Part shown: positions 49,357 to 62,545 of the stretch, in pieces | Position numbering within the stretch: the stretch's first letter is position 1 | How the letters are laid out: each line of letters opens with the position of its first letter | Source: Hypanus sabinus | Lineage: Eukaryota | Direction: 5' to 3' | Assembly: GCF_030144855.1 (NCBI RefSeq) | Contig: NC_082707.1 | Location: forward strand, 116,312,001-116,376,000 | Length of the DNA stretch: 64,000 bases | Program-made: the position numbers and the translations under genes | Notes under the pieces: generated by a model | What the model saw: only the letters and a program-made list of their open reading frames with translations | Told to the model about the DNA's origin: nothing | The model's database searches: none

Positions 49357-51711
49357 TGTTTCCTTGTGTTCAGAGGGAGAATGATATCTTAGAATTATTG
49401 TTATTTAGGCAATTCCCAAGACTTACAAATTCTTGGAAATGTTAGGCGAATGACGTTTTCTAGTTTGCTTCTCTCCGTGCTTTTGATCGCCCTCAAAATT
49501 ATTGATAATCAATTACTTTCGCGTCGTCTTTCCTTGTTTGTGGAGATCACTCTTCCATTCATATTTAATCCCATATTAGTGTAAAATTCTGGGTTTGTAA
49601 CAACAAAGGGGTATTATTGTTTACAATAATTTGGTTCCACAATGCGCAGGTAACATTTTCCACGTGAAAAATTATCACGTTTGCAGGCCGGAGCCAGAAG
49701 CATATTATCTGCTATTTTGTGCTCTGCCTGTACAACTTCATTCATTGACCGATGGCCTCTCTACTCTTATTAGTGTCTTGTATTTCAGAGGTATCTGTAC
49801 TGCGCCCTGTTGAGCGCTGCCGATCCAAATCAAACTTCCCCAGAGTTGTAATCAACAGGCATTTACCCCTGAATTTTTACTGTTTCTAGTCAACATTCTG
49901 CTCCACTCAATATCAGTTTATATTACTTGTTCGATGTCCTGATCTTCAGTCTTCACTTCGGATTCGTGACTGCACGTTTTGCATGTAAATGTTCAGCCTG
50001 CGTGTTACTGTTCTCGCCGTGTTACTCCATCTCTCTGTATGGGTATTACTGTCGCTGTAAAAAGCAGGAAAACATTAAAAAATCTTAGATAAGATCTAAC
50101 TGAGTTTTGAAATTGTGTACCCATAATCACTGCTGATTCACCTTCGCTGCCCTGGCAACTGTCGTTCCTCGTTCACGGTAACGACGACAATTGTTTTTGC
50201 TCTTTACTGCAGTTTGCCTCAAGTTTTCTGCTTCCACACTAATCCAAGTTGCACATCCAAACATTTATTTTTTTTGCTGGAAAATATTTCAAAAATGAGT
50301 AACAATCAAAAATTTTATCTTCTAGTCTGTTCTTAATGATGATTGTTTCGTGGAATTGACCACTCCGTCCGTATATGATGTCCTTGCACCTCGGTGACGT
50401 CTCTGACGTTATTCTACCACAGGCCGAACGTCACAGTGATCAGGGATGTCTGCTTACTGGTTAGAAATTATTAGGTTCATGTAATGATTTTAATTATAAA
50501 CGATCTAATTGTAGGAGACAATTTGCGATTGCCCTTTCGTCTAAGTAAAAGACTGAACATGTGCCGCTCAAGATGTTTCCTGAAGCCTCGTTTAGCACAT
50601 CGCTAACTTAATTAAACTTGTAGGTCAGGGCAGCACTGTGCCTTTTAAAGAATCTTTTGACAAGATGCGTGAATGTGAATTGATTTTACATACAGTGTTG
50701 TCATTGGAAAATGACATTTTAGGATGCTCTTATAAGAATTTCCTCTTACGTGGAAGAATTGAGGGGCATTGGCACTTTTGTACCTGTAATAATAGATTAA
50801 AGTTTCAGAAGTCTTGTTCTTAATGGGTATAGAGATGATGCCGATCATGAAGAGTTGCTCAAACCAAAACATTAAGAAAGAATTATGGTTCAGCCAAGAT
50901 AGCATCAACTGGTTTCAAACTACACAACAGTGCACGCACCAAACGTTTAGAAATCATTTTATTTGATCTGAGTGGACGACTATCTTAATTCCTGAATAAA
51001 TTGCGAGTAGTTCTGCGTGCATATTTCTTTTTGCTCTATGTAATGATCTCGAGTCGATTTCTTGTATCTGAATGTTGGAATCAGGATTCAGGAAGTCGCA
51101 TTTCAGAAATAAAAGCCCGCTTGCCCTTTCATAATCATAGAAGTCCCCGAGAGCATGTAGCAGTGCATTAATATTTAGCAGTTGCGTGGCTCCCAATGCA
51201 CAGCCGATATCGCTGTGACCGGGAGACCAGGAGACAGTTTCTCGCGAGACCGGGAGCTCTGTGAACAGTGGCGAGGGACTTTAGTAGAAAGTGTGGTCAC
51301 ATTATCAAAAGGCATTTCATTAATTTCAAACGCTACATAGACATAAGAATTTGGAAATGCATTAACTTTTTAAAAAAATTACTAATTAGAACATCAATAT
51401 ATGCATTAAATATAAATAACGTAAATTATTTTAAGTCAATTAGAAAGCACCAATAAAACGAGAGATAGGACCGGAATCAAGTGAATGGCGCGGTGTTGCA
51501 TGATTCAGATGCACTTAGATTAAAAATGAGAGATCAGCTCAACAAGCTACTGAGCCTCTCTGCAGCTCAGCAAATCAAAACGCCTCTAGATTCAGGCCGA
51601 GACACCCAAACACTGGTATAATGTGGCATAATGCGAAGACTCGGACGTCTGCAAAGTACTCTTGCAGTTAAAGGTGGAATTGCTTTCACCATGCATGCGG
51701 TGTAGATGTTG

Positions 51712-53529
51712 ACGAATCGTTGTTTTCGGCCGGCGGCGTTAGTCTCGGGAGAACAGTCTCTGATTTCAGCAAACTTGTGAAATCTGAGGTACAAAACCTC
51801 TTGTTTGTGTGGATGCTGCCATGAAATAACAGACAGTACACCATACGCAATTAAACGATTTCGCTTTATAATTCTTAATTTAACTAAAGGGTTAATTAAG
51901 AAAAACAGAAAGTAAAGGGCCCATTTTAATAAAACAGTCTACTGTACACGTCGGAGCCCATGGTTTCCCGTCCGTTAGTTCTCCTTCGATACTCCCCGAG
52001 CGTCGTCGACTCCCGGCCTCATTCCAAGTCCAGTCTACGACCTCTCCGATCTAGCATCTTTTCTCTCCATATTTCGCCGATCAAAAGACCTAGAACAGCT
52101 CGTTGGCAGGTCCACAACAAGAAAAAAGCACACCTTTCATTGGACAGTGCACATTCCAAAGCTTCTGCTATCTCTAGTCATAACCCAAACACTGCTGCTA
52201 CAGAGAAACCATTACATTAGTAGTGAAAGCTTTCCCAGGGTCGTACACTCTCCCCCCACCAAATTTAGTCATGTCCTCATGACTTTGAGATAATTTGCCA
52301 ACCCTTCCTACAACACGCAAAGTCCAACCCAGGTTGAAAAGGCAGTGACATAGCTCCCCAAAACAGTAGGGGCCACACTCTGTTCCCCCATTTTTACCTA
52401 GGCTAGCCTATCTGTGCTCTCCTGATTCTCTGAGATGTCCAAAGCCCCTCCTCTACCTCTTCATTTTCTGACACTACTGTGGATACTTTTAGTCCACCTG
52501 GCGAGGCCTGCCCCGGTCTATCACTCACACCCTCCTGCAACTCAGACCCCTCTGTCCCCTGGCAGAGCCCTGTTACATCCTTTGCAGTGTCCCACTGAAC
52601 CTCCGGCTATCCACAGATAGATACCCACTCCCCTGTCTCCTACGGCCCCAACAGTATCAGGCAGTCTCACTGTCATTACGTAAGCACTAGTCCAAACTAA
52701 AACAAAGTCTCTGCCCGCCATTTTGTCAAATCTTTGCCCCACAATCATAGCTTTGCCTACAGCTTTAACAGTACTTAAAAGTTGAATTAACAATTCATCC
52801 GGCATATGAAAACCTACCTCACTCAACACGCACGCATGATTACCAGTAACCCACGTGGATGAACACCATCGCTCCACCCCAGCAGCATCTATACCAGCAC
52901 AGACTTAACCACACAATCCACTGGTTCAATGCTCAGGACAACCACACAGCGTCCAACGAAATAAATCCCGGTCGAGCCCCCACAATTGTAACCCTCAGGT
53001 TCAGCCGGCAGCCTTAGTCTAGTGAAGACTGTCTCTGGCCCTGCCAAACCTTTGAAATCCAGGGTGCAAAACCTCTTGTTTGTGTGGATGCCGCATGATC
53101 TGTTCTTCTGTTACAAGTCAGTACCACAAAATAACAGACAATACACCATATGAAATTTATTCTTAACTTGACTCGAGGGTTAGTAAAGAAAAACAGAAAA
53201 ACGTGGTGATTTTAATGAAACAGTCTAATGTGCATGTTGGAGCTCACAGTTTCCCGTCCGGTAGTCCTCCTTCGATTTCCCCCGGGCGACATCGACTCCC
53301 AGCCCCATTCCAAGTTCACTCTGTCCTGCTGTATACGACCTCTCCGATCTGGCATCTTCTCTCTCCATCTTCCACCAAACAGAAGAGCTAGAACAACTCG
53401 CTCTCTGGCACACAACAAGACAAAAACAACTCACATTCCAAAGTCCCCATTACCTCTAGTCATAACCCAAACACTGCTGATATAGAACAACCATTACATC
53501 AGCAGTGAAACCTTTGTCAGAGTGTTACA
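51712..53529 (-). mobile_element. Older miniature LTR element related to the 42-46 kb element
   Basis: LTRs at about 51712..52247 and 52987..53529. PBS TGGGGGCTCGACCGGGAT at 52965-52982; PPT adjacent to 52248. Internal region about 740 bp, non-coding. Confidence 0.85.
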
Positions 53530-54324
53530 TAGGAATAATCACCTACGAGAGACTGCACTATATCAACCTTTTGCAGACAACACTATGCCTTTTATCTTAC
53601 TGATGTCCACATCTGCATATGTTAAATAAACACAAACATATCAAGCTACAGAATTGCATTGTTCAGCATATTGTGCCATATTGCTCCCTCAATGGAGATG
53701 AAAGGCACATAAACTAGTATTAAATGGACCTGTCTTCTTCAACAGTGCCCTACAGAGATTTTCTTGTACTTATACCATTTGAGGCATCTAATCCATTTTA
53801 ACGCCATTTGTTTTACAAAATCCATTCTCATGCTCTAAATTCCTTGTGGACCCAGTCCATTCTGAATTTATAGTCTTTCCCGACCAGGCAACCATGAGAT
53901 GAACATCAATCCAGACACTAACCAGTTGTGCAGAGAATATGCCACACAAGAATAGAAATGCAGCCCTGGTCCTAACAACTTGATACACTGCTATCACCTC
54001 TCCTCATCCAAAATGCTCTGTAAATGTTCCTACTGAACAAGCTTGAATTACTTCCGAATTTTCTTATTTATTATTTTGTCTCATTAGGCGTATACAGGGT
54101 GTTGCAGGGTGTTGCAATTTCTGAAATTCACAGTTTGATTGGCAGAACTAAGGATACAATGATGCTGTAGCTTCCAAACATATGTTTCAAAGTTCAGGAA
54201 TCCACTTCATTGGTTCCGGAGTTCACCGTCCAACTGTCTCAGTTTCTCAACCTCACAGTCAAATGCTCCTTCAACCCTGCTTCTGATAAAACTTCATTCC
54301 TACCAGAATCATAACTCAAGGGAT

Positions 54325-55250
54325 TCTGCAGGTGCTGTAAGTTCAGAGCAAACCAGGTGAGAGGCAAGGAGCGTGGGTGAGGAGGGGTTTGAAATAAGCT
54401 AGGAGACGGTAGGTGGAAGAGGCAAAGGGCTGAAGAAGAAGCAATGTGATAGGAAAGTACAGGGAGAAAGGGAAGGAGGAGGGGAACGAGAGGGTGGTAA
54501 TAAACATGTGAGAAGAAGAGGGAAAAGAGGAGATCCAGAATGGAGAATGAAAAAAAAGAGAGAGAAAAGGAAGGGGAGAAATTACCGGAAGGTAGAGAAA
54601 TCAATGTTCATGCCATCAGATTGAAGACTACCTGAATGGAATATGAGGTGTTGCTCCTCTAATGTGAGCGTGGCCTCGTCGTGGCAGAAGAGATAGCAAT
54701 GGATCGACATGTCCGAATGGGAATGGAAAGTCCTATTGAAATAGGTGGCCACTGGAACACACCCACTTCACCTTTTTTTGTGGAAATGAAGGTGGTTGAG
54801 GAAGTTGACCACAATCTACGTGGAGTCTCATGGATGCATAGGGGGTCATACCTGGAGCACCGGATGACCCAGACAGACTCACAGGCGAAGTGTTGGCTCA
54901 CGTAGAAGGATGGTTTGGGGCCTGAGTGATGGTGAGGGAGTAGCTAGGAGATGGTGTAGCACTTGTTCCGTTTGCTGGGATAAGTGCCAGGAGGAAGATT
55001 AGTCAGGAGGGATATGTGGATCTCGTTGTAAATGGCAGAAGTTATGGAGAATGATGTGCTGGATAGGGAGGCCCATGAGATGATACTTGAATACAGGGGG
55101 AAGCCTATCGCTGTTATGGCCCTGGGAAGATGTCTGAAGGCAGATATGTGGGATATGGAAAAGATGCGGTTGAGAGCAGCATTGATGGTAGAAGATCGGA
55201 AACGCCGTTCTTTGAAGAAAGAAGCCACCTCAGTTGTTCTGGAACTGAAA
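54325..55250 (-). mobile_element. Degenerate Penelope-like element
   Basis: QHFACESVWVIRCSR, MASFFKERRF..STINAAL; homologous to 58134-59205. Confidence 0.8.
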
Positions 55251-55647
55251 GCCGAATGGAAGTACTACAACAGGAAATATTAACAATATAATATTATTGA
55301 GACTAAACTAAAGCTTGGGAAGGAAGAGGGAAACATTTGATCACTATGTTATTTGCAATAAAATCAAAACGTTGTGAGGCCCATCATGGACAGTCAGCAC
55401 GAGACAGAGGTAACAATTGGGAGATGGCAGAACCATAAATCCTTGTTTTCTGAAGTATTCTTCAGGGATATAGATGGATACGATAGTGGACTGAATGAGA
55501 ATATTTAATTTTAAATGGATGCACATTAAATAAGGTAATTAGACATAAGGACAACACGTCTACTTTAGATGAATTGTATCAACACACATGAAAATGACTA
55601 AGGAAGAGGTAGCAGGGATACTACTGCAGATCGTTTTTAGGAAAGAT

Positions 55648-57851
55648 TGTCATAAGGTGGGCATTGGGAATGGACCCAAATGCAAGACACAGACACTGAA
55701 GTACTAGGGAGTGGACTAGGTGTATCAAGAAAGCAAGAGAAGTGGGGAAGTAATGACGCAGGACAAGACACAGGCCCTGGACAAGACTAAGAGACGGGGC
55801 ACGGGCTAGGACCAGAGTAGGAAAGTGGGACCTGAACAAAGAACTAGGAACAGGGAACTAGGAACCTGGACAAGGACTCTGAGACAGAGACTGGACAGGG
55901 ACCCGGAACTTGGGTCTTGACTTGGGATCGGACTCTGGATCCAGGCGAGGACTGGATGTGGGAGCAGAATGCGGGACTCCAGGGCTCTACGAGGACATGA
56001 AGCTCAGACTTGAATGAGGATATGCTCAGACTTGGTCTTCATCAAGGGAGAGCAGGAATGCAGAGCCTAGGTCGAGGGAGAGCAAAGCAGGTGGGGAGAG
56101 GTGTAGCTGGACACGGACACCAGCCCTGGACGAGACCAGGACTCAGGGCCTAGGCTACGACTTGGACACAGAAATGGAACTTCCTTGGAGCCTTAGACTG
56201 GAGCAAGGAACACCGAGCCTTGGACTGGAGCACAGGAACACTGAGCCTTGGAATGGAGCACAGGAATACCGAGCCTTGGACTGGAGCACAGGAACACCGA
56301 GCCTTGGACTGGAGCACAGGAATACCGAGCCTTGGACTGGAGCACAGGAACACTGAGCCTTGGAATGGAGCACAGGAACACCAAGCCTTGGACTAGAGCA
56401 CAGGAACACCGAGCCTTGGACTGGAGCACAGGAACACCGAGCTTTGGACTGGAGCACAGGAACACCGAGCTTTGGACTGGAGCACAGGAACACTGAGCCT
56501 TGGACTGGAGCACAGGAACACCGAGCTTTGGACTGGAGCACAGGAACACTGAGCCTTGGACTGGAGCACAGGAACACCGAACCTTGGACTGGAGCACAGG
56601 AACACCGAGCCTTGGACTAGAGCACAGGAACACCGAGCCTTGGACTGGAGCACAGGAATACCGAGCCTTGGAATGGAGCAAAGGAACACCGAGCCTTGGA
56701 ATGGAGCACAGGAACACTGAGCCTTGGACTAGAGCACAGGAACACTGAGCCTTGGACTGGAGCACAGGAATACCGAGCCTTGGAATGGAGCACAGGAACA
56801 CCGAGCCTTGGAATGGAGCACAGGAACACTGAGCATTGGACTAGAGCACAGGAACACCGAGCCTTGGACTGGAGCACAGGAACAATGAGCCTTGGACAAG
56901 AGCACAGGAACACCGAGCCTTGGAATGGAGCACAGGAATACCGAGCCTTGGACTGGAGCACAGGAACACTGAGCCTTGGACTGGAGCACAGGAACACTGA
57001 GCCTTGGACTGGAGCAAGGAACACCGAGCCTTGGACTGGAGCACAGGAATACCGAGCCTTGGAATGGAGCACAGGAACACCGAGCCTTGGAATGGAGCAC
57101 AGGAACACCGAGCCTTGGACTGGAGCACAGGAACACCGAGCCTTGGACTGGAGCACAGGAATACCAAGCCTTGGAATGGAGCACAGGAATACCGAGCCTT
57201 GGAATGGAGCACAGGAACACCGAGCCTTGGACTAGAGCACAGGAACACTGAATACAGAGCTAGGACCCCTGCTTGGAGACAGGACATAGGGCCAGGACTC
57301 ATACACAGACACCAAACACAGGGATACAAAGAGACAGTTCCAAGCTCAACGATAGATAGTTTCTTCTGTTGGCATGGCAAGGCTCCAGTCTCACTCTGGC
57401 ATCTGAACTTGACGGCGATACAGGCGAGGATGGAGGCGTGTGTTGCCAGCAAGGCTTCAGGCATGGGTAACAGGCAGAGCTGCAGGTGTCGGTTGCAGGA
57501 CAGGGCTATAGCGCAGGCTTCAGAGGGAAGGAAGGGAACAGTCCAGCCTCAGGGTACATCAAAGATGGCCTGACTTGCCCAACGGAGTTGGGTCAGGAAG
57601 GGACAGATCCCACCATAGTGTAACGGCAAGGCCAGCCTGACTTACCCCACAGAGGCGAGGATGGTATGCTGATGAGACCAACCAGCAACTACACTCGAAC
57701 CCAGGGCCACCTATGTTCCAGCTCAATATAAGAATCAGGTGCTTGTGATTAAGCCCCAACTGAAACAACAGACGGCCAGAAGACCCGGAGTCCAGAGTAC
57801 AAGGACTGGACCATGAACCAGAACACGGACTTCACGGACGGGACCATGACA
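55648..57851. mobile_element. Solo LTR (2204 bp) containing a 28-bp minisatellite
   Basis: Inverted termini TGTCAT...ATGACA; 5-bp TSD AAGAT at 55643-55647 and 57852-57856. Confidence 0.85.
56188..57250. repeat. 28-bp minisatellite, about 38 copies (GGAGCACAGGAACACCGAGCCTTGGACT)
   Basis: Contiguous tandem units with a few recurring variants and no spacers. Confidence 0.97.
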
Positions 57852-58133
57852 AAGATATTATATTAGAGCACTGGCAAATCATGATGTGATAAGTACATTA
57901 ATAAGACGGATATAACATTTCTTGAGAATTATAAATCAATAATAGAAAATTGTAATGAAATCCATACCAAAAGAATGGATCAGAAAATACTTCTTGATCA
58001 TACCTATTAAATTGTTTGAGATGGTTTTGGTACGATCAGACAATAGCAATGAAGTTGGTATAACTCCTCTAGACTGTTAAAGAATTTTTTGGGAGGTATC
58101 TCCTAGGAGAAAAAGAAAACATATGAGTGGTGA

Positions 58134-59205
58134 CAACACACACAAAATGCTGGTGGAACACAGCAGGCCAGGCAGCATCTATAGGGAGAAGCGATGTCGA
58201 CGTTTCGGGCCGAGACCCTTTGTCAGGACTAACTGAAAGGGAAGATAGTAAGAGATTTGAAAGTAGTGGGGGGGGAGGGGGAAATGTGAAATGATAGGAG
58301 AAGACTGGAGGGGGTGGGATGAAGCTAAGAGCTGGAAAGGTGATTGGCAAAAGTGATACAGAGCTGGAGAAGGGAAAGGATCATGGGATGGGAGGCCTTC
58401 GGAGAAAGAAAGGGGGAGGGGAGCACCAGAGGGAGATGGAGAACAGGCAGAGTGATGGGCAGAGAAAGAGAAAAAAAATAACTGAATATGTCAGGGATGG
58501 GGTGAGAAGGGGAGGAGGGGCATTAACGGAAGTTAGAGAAATCAATGTTCATGTCATCAGGTTGGAGGCTACCCAGCCGGAATATAAGGTGTTGTTCCTC
58601 CAACCTGAGCGTGGCTTCACCTTGACAGTAGAGGAGGCCATGGATAGACATATCAGAATCGGGATGGGATGTGGAATTAAAATGTGTGGCCACTGGGAGA
58701 TCCTGCTTTCTCTGGCAGACAGAGCATAGGTGTTCAGCGAAACAGTCTCCCAGTCTGCGTTGGGTCTCATCAATATATAAAAGGCCACACCAGGAGCACC
58801 GGATGCAGTATACCACACCAGCCGACTCACAGGTGAAGTGTCGCCTCACCTGGAAGGACTGTCTGGGGCCCTGAATGGTGGTGAGGGAGGAAGTGTAAGG
58901 GCAGGTGTAGCACTTGTTCCGTTTACAAGGGTAAGTGCCAGGAAGGAGATCGGTGGGAAGGAATGGGTGAGACGAGTGGACAAGGGAGTCACGTAGGGAG
59001 TGATCCCTGCAGAAAGAGGGGTGGAGAGAAAGATGTTCTTGGTGGTGGGATCCTGTTGGAGGTGGCAGAAATTACAAAGAATTATATGTTGGACCTGGAG
59101 GCTGGTGAGGTGGTAGGTGAGGACAAGGGAAACCTTTTCTCGAGTGGGGTGGCAGGCAGATAGGGTGAGGGCAGATGTGTGGAAAATGGGAGAGATGCAT
59201 TTGAG
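58134..59205 (-). mobile_element. Penelope-like element (GIY-YIG endonuclease plus terminal repeat)
   Basis: FTCESAGVVYCIRCSWCGLLYIDETQRRLGDCFAEHL...VATHFN; hammerhead-like motif at 58196-58226. Confidence 0.92.
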
Positions 59206-59329
59206 AGGTGAGTAGGGGTGGAAGAGAAATAATACATTGACTTGCTAATGAACTTCAGGCAGTTGGAAGATATAAGTTTTACATATCAATGAGGAAAGAA
59301 GGTGATTTGTGCTCGGACCACTGTTGCTT

Positions 59330-59885
59330 CATGATCTAGATATTGGTAGAAATAACATTCTATAGTTGGAGATGATGTGAAAGATTTTGGCGTAGTTGGC
59401 ATTTCGGAGAATTGCAGCACGTTACAGGAAGACAGAATGGAATAGCCAACTAATTGGAAGATGAATTTCTACATGTGGAAATATGACAACTGCCGTTTGC
59501 TAGGAAAAGTAGATAGGTGAAATATATACACCAATCGTTAAAATTTTCACTGTGGATAGAAAATCTAAAAGAATCTAGGATTTATTTCTGGAGATATAGA
59601 ACTAAACTGTATAGAATATATACTAAAACTTTATGAAATGTTGGTTAGATTATAACTGGAGTATTGTATGCAGTTCTGGCCACAATTTTATACATATAAA
59701 AATATATATAAAGCTGCTGGAGAGAGTGTAGAAATTGTTACAAGGACAATACCAGAAACCTAAGTGTTTACATTACCAGGAAATGATGAAAAAAATCGAC
59801 TCTCCTTTCTGTTAAAGAAACAAGATTGGGGGATCTCATAGAGATTGTTAAAATGATGAAGTGTTTTGACACAGTGAATAACTAG
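59330..59885 (+). mobile_element. Highly degenerate CR1 fragment
   Basis: actggagtattgtatgcagttctggcc encodes LEYCMQFW. Confidence 0.6.
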
Positions 59886-60187
59886 AGAATGGAAAATACC
59901 AGATCACCACCACTCTTGAAGTAAGGAAATTTGCTCCGAAATCCTGATTGGACATTTTTTTTTCACGGACAATGTACGTGCGTTGATGCATTATGTTTTA
60001 TGTTGAATAGGTGGGGCGTTATTGTGATGTTTTCCCCAAGTGAATAGATCAGTCTGCATTGAAAAGGACTTCAATGCTCTGAAGTTCCTTTACCTCATCT
60101 CAGTATGTGCCTCCCTAATAATAGTCGATCTCTTTATGCAGAAAAATTGTTTTCCAGCTGCCAGAGCACCATCAATGTCACCGTCAA

Positions 60188-60856
60188 TGCTGCACAGGTT
60201 GACGCTGTGGTTAAGGAAGCATTCAGTGCATTGGCCTTCATCAATTGTGCGATTGAATTTAAGACCCGAGAGATAATGTTGCAGCTATATAGGGCCTAGG
60301 TCAGACCCCACTTGGAGCACTGTCCTCAGTTCTGGTCACCTCCTACAGGAAGGATGTGGAAACTATAGAAAGGGTGCAGAGGAGATTTACAAGGATGTTG
60401 CCTGGATTGGGGAGCATGCCTTATGAGAACAGATTGAGTGAACTTGGCCTTTTCTTCTTGGAGTGATGGAGGATGAGAGGTGACTTGATAGAGGTGTTCA
60501 AGATAATGAGAGGCATTAATCGTGTGAATAGTCAGAGGCCTTTTCCCAGGGCTGAAGTGGCTAGTACGAGAAGCACAGTTCTAAGGTGCTTGGAAGTATG
60601 TACAGAGGAGATGTCAGGGGTAAGTTTTTTACACAAAGAGTGATGAGTGCATGGAATGGGCTGCCAGTGATGGTCCTGGAGGCAGATATGATAGGGTCTT
60701 TTAAGAGACTCCTGAATATGTAAATGGAGCTTAGAAAATTAGAAGGCTATGGGTAGCCTTAGGTAATTTCTAAAGTAAGTACATGTTTGGCACAGCATTG
60801 TGGGCGGAAGGGCCTGTATTGTGCTGAAGTTTTTCTATGTTGCTATGTTTCTATCT
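60188..60856 (+). mobile_element. CR1 LINE 3' fragment
   Basis: Same family as 20513-23153; ends in ttctatgttgctatgtttctat. Confidence 0.9.
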
Positions 60857-61632
60857 ACCAGAAAATCTAGGGTGGCGCATAGAATTTTAGGGGGAAAACT
60901 TATTTTCCCCAAGAATCATTTGTATAAATGCACACAGCAGTCCAGGAATGGTTTATCCAAGGTTTGCGATTGGTTTAGCGTAACTTCAGCATTTTCTGAT
61001 ATATTCTGCTATTCATTATCTAGTTTACTTCACAAGGCCTTGCTAACCTAGAATACATTAATGATGATTATGCCGGTATTCCTATAGCCTCTGCCCTTTC
61101 CCTCATCTAGTTTCATGCCTTCTGTGTAATAATTAATTTCTCTCTGCACCAAGGATATTTATATTGGTGTGGAAATGCATGACCAGAGGACAGCATTGAA
61201 AGCCAATTGCTTAAAAACTCAAATGAAGCTCTTTACCCAAAGTGTGCTGAAAAGGTGCAACTAAGATTGGTTAAAAAGAGTCACATTGATACATTTAGAG
61301 GGATACTGAAGAAGCATTTGAGGAAGAAAGGTGTAAAGTGTTAAAGACGAGGGAACGCACACTCTACTGTACCAAGGACACCTGCGTGGTTCATTTGGGC
61401 CGACTATTTAAACATATACCCCAGATGAATTCATTTGTGATGGCTTCGTTAGAGTGATCACAGCAAGTGAGTAACAAATGGAGGTACAAGACGGTCACTG
61501 CGGCAAAAAAAAGATGTGTGGAGAGACATAGATTAATAATTTATCTGGCAATCGTCGTCGTCGCTAGGTCGCATCTGGAATTTCCAGTTGCCGGACAATT
61601 TCTCTCCACGCCGCTCTGACATATTGGGAAAT

Positions 61633-62082
61633 CAATAGACAATAGACAATAGGTGCAAGAGTAGGCCATTCAGCCCTCCGAGCCAGCCCCGCCTTTCAAT
61701 GTGATCATGGCTGATCATCCACAATCAGTACCCCGTTCCTTCCTTCTCCCCATATCCCTTGACTCCGCTATCTTTAAGAGCTCTATCTAACCCTTTCTTG
61801 AAAGCATCCAGAGAATTGGCCTCCACTGCCTTGTGAGGCAGAGCATTCCATATATCCACAACTCTCTGGGTGAAAAAGTTTTTCCTCAACTCTGTTCTAA
61901 ATGGCCTACCCTTTATTCTTAAACTGTGGCCTCTGGTTCTGGACTCCCTCAACATCGGGTACATTTTTCCTACCTCTAGCGTGTCAAATCCCTTAATAAT
62001 CTTATATGTTTCAATCAGATCCCCTCTCATTCTTCTAAATTCCAGTGTATACAAGCCCAGTCGCTCCAATCTTTCAACATAT
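61633..62082 (-). mobile_element. CR1 LINE 3' end
   Basis: ERLGLYTLEFRRMRGDLIETYKIIKG; (AATAGAC)n tail; related to the 8 kb and 33 kb copies. Confidence 0.92.
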
Positions 62083-62545
62083 GTTGAAATCAGATACTCG
62101 GCAGGTTACAGCAGTGGTTTGCCTTTACCTACTGCCGGGTGAGTTTAAAGAGATCACCTCCTCTTGCAGTGGATGACCAGGATGTCTAAGTGCCTTGTTG
62201 TGCTCTTAGTGCTAACCCAACGCCTGCTAGCCTGCTCTCTTGACCGTTAGACCATTAGTCGGTCTCCTCCACTCAATCTGCCAGGGCCACACTTCACACG
62301 CTGGGATAGGCAAATCCTCTACCTCACCCAGGGTCGAAGACCCGTTGGCCACCCTCACCTGGTTTGGCCCGTCTGCCGAGACGGTTTACCGGGGTGTGGC
62401 CGCTGCGCGTGTTACAGCGACTTGGAGCCACAGGTGAGAGCTGAGCGCCAGGTGGGGAACAAAGGTGGGCGAGCTGCCCTGAAAAAGGGCACGGCAGGCC
62501 CCCCACCAGAGGTGCTACCCCTCCCTAGACACCCCACTCACCCTG
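62083..62545 (-). mobile_element. Interspersed repeat, probably RTE-related
   Basis: GC-rich block with a cagtggtttgcc motif; sharp junction with the CR1 copy. Confidence 0.35.

Noticed and set aside
56150-57573. Many overlapping repetitive ORFs and a CRISPR-like 28-bp repeat
   Set aside because: Units are contiguous with no unique spacers, there are no cas genes and the context is eukaryotic. The ORFs are translations of a minisatellite.
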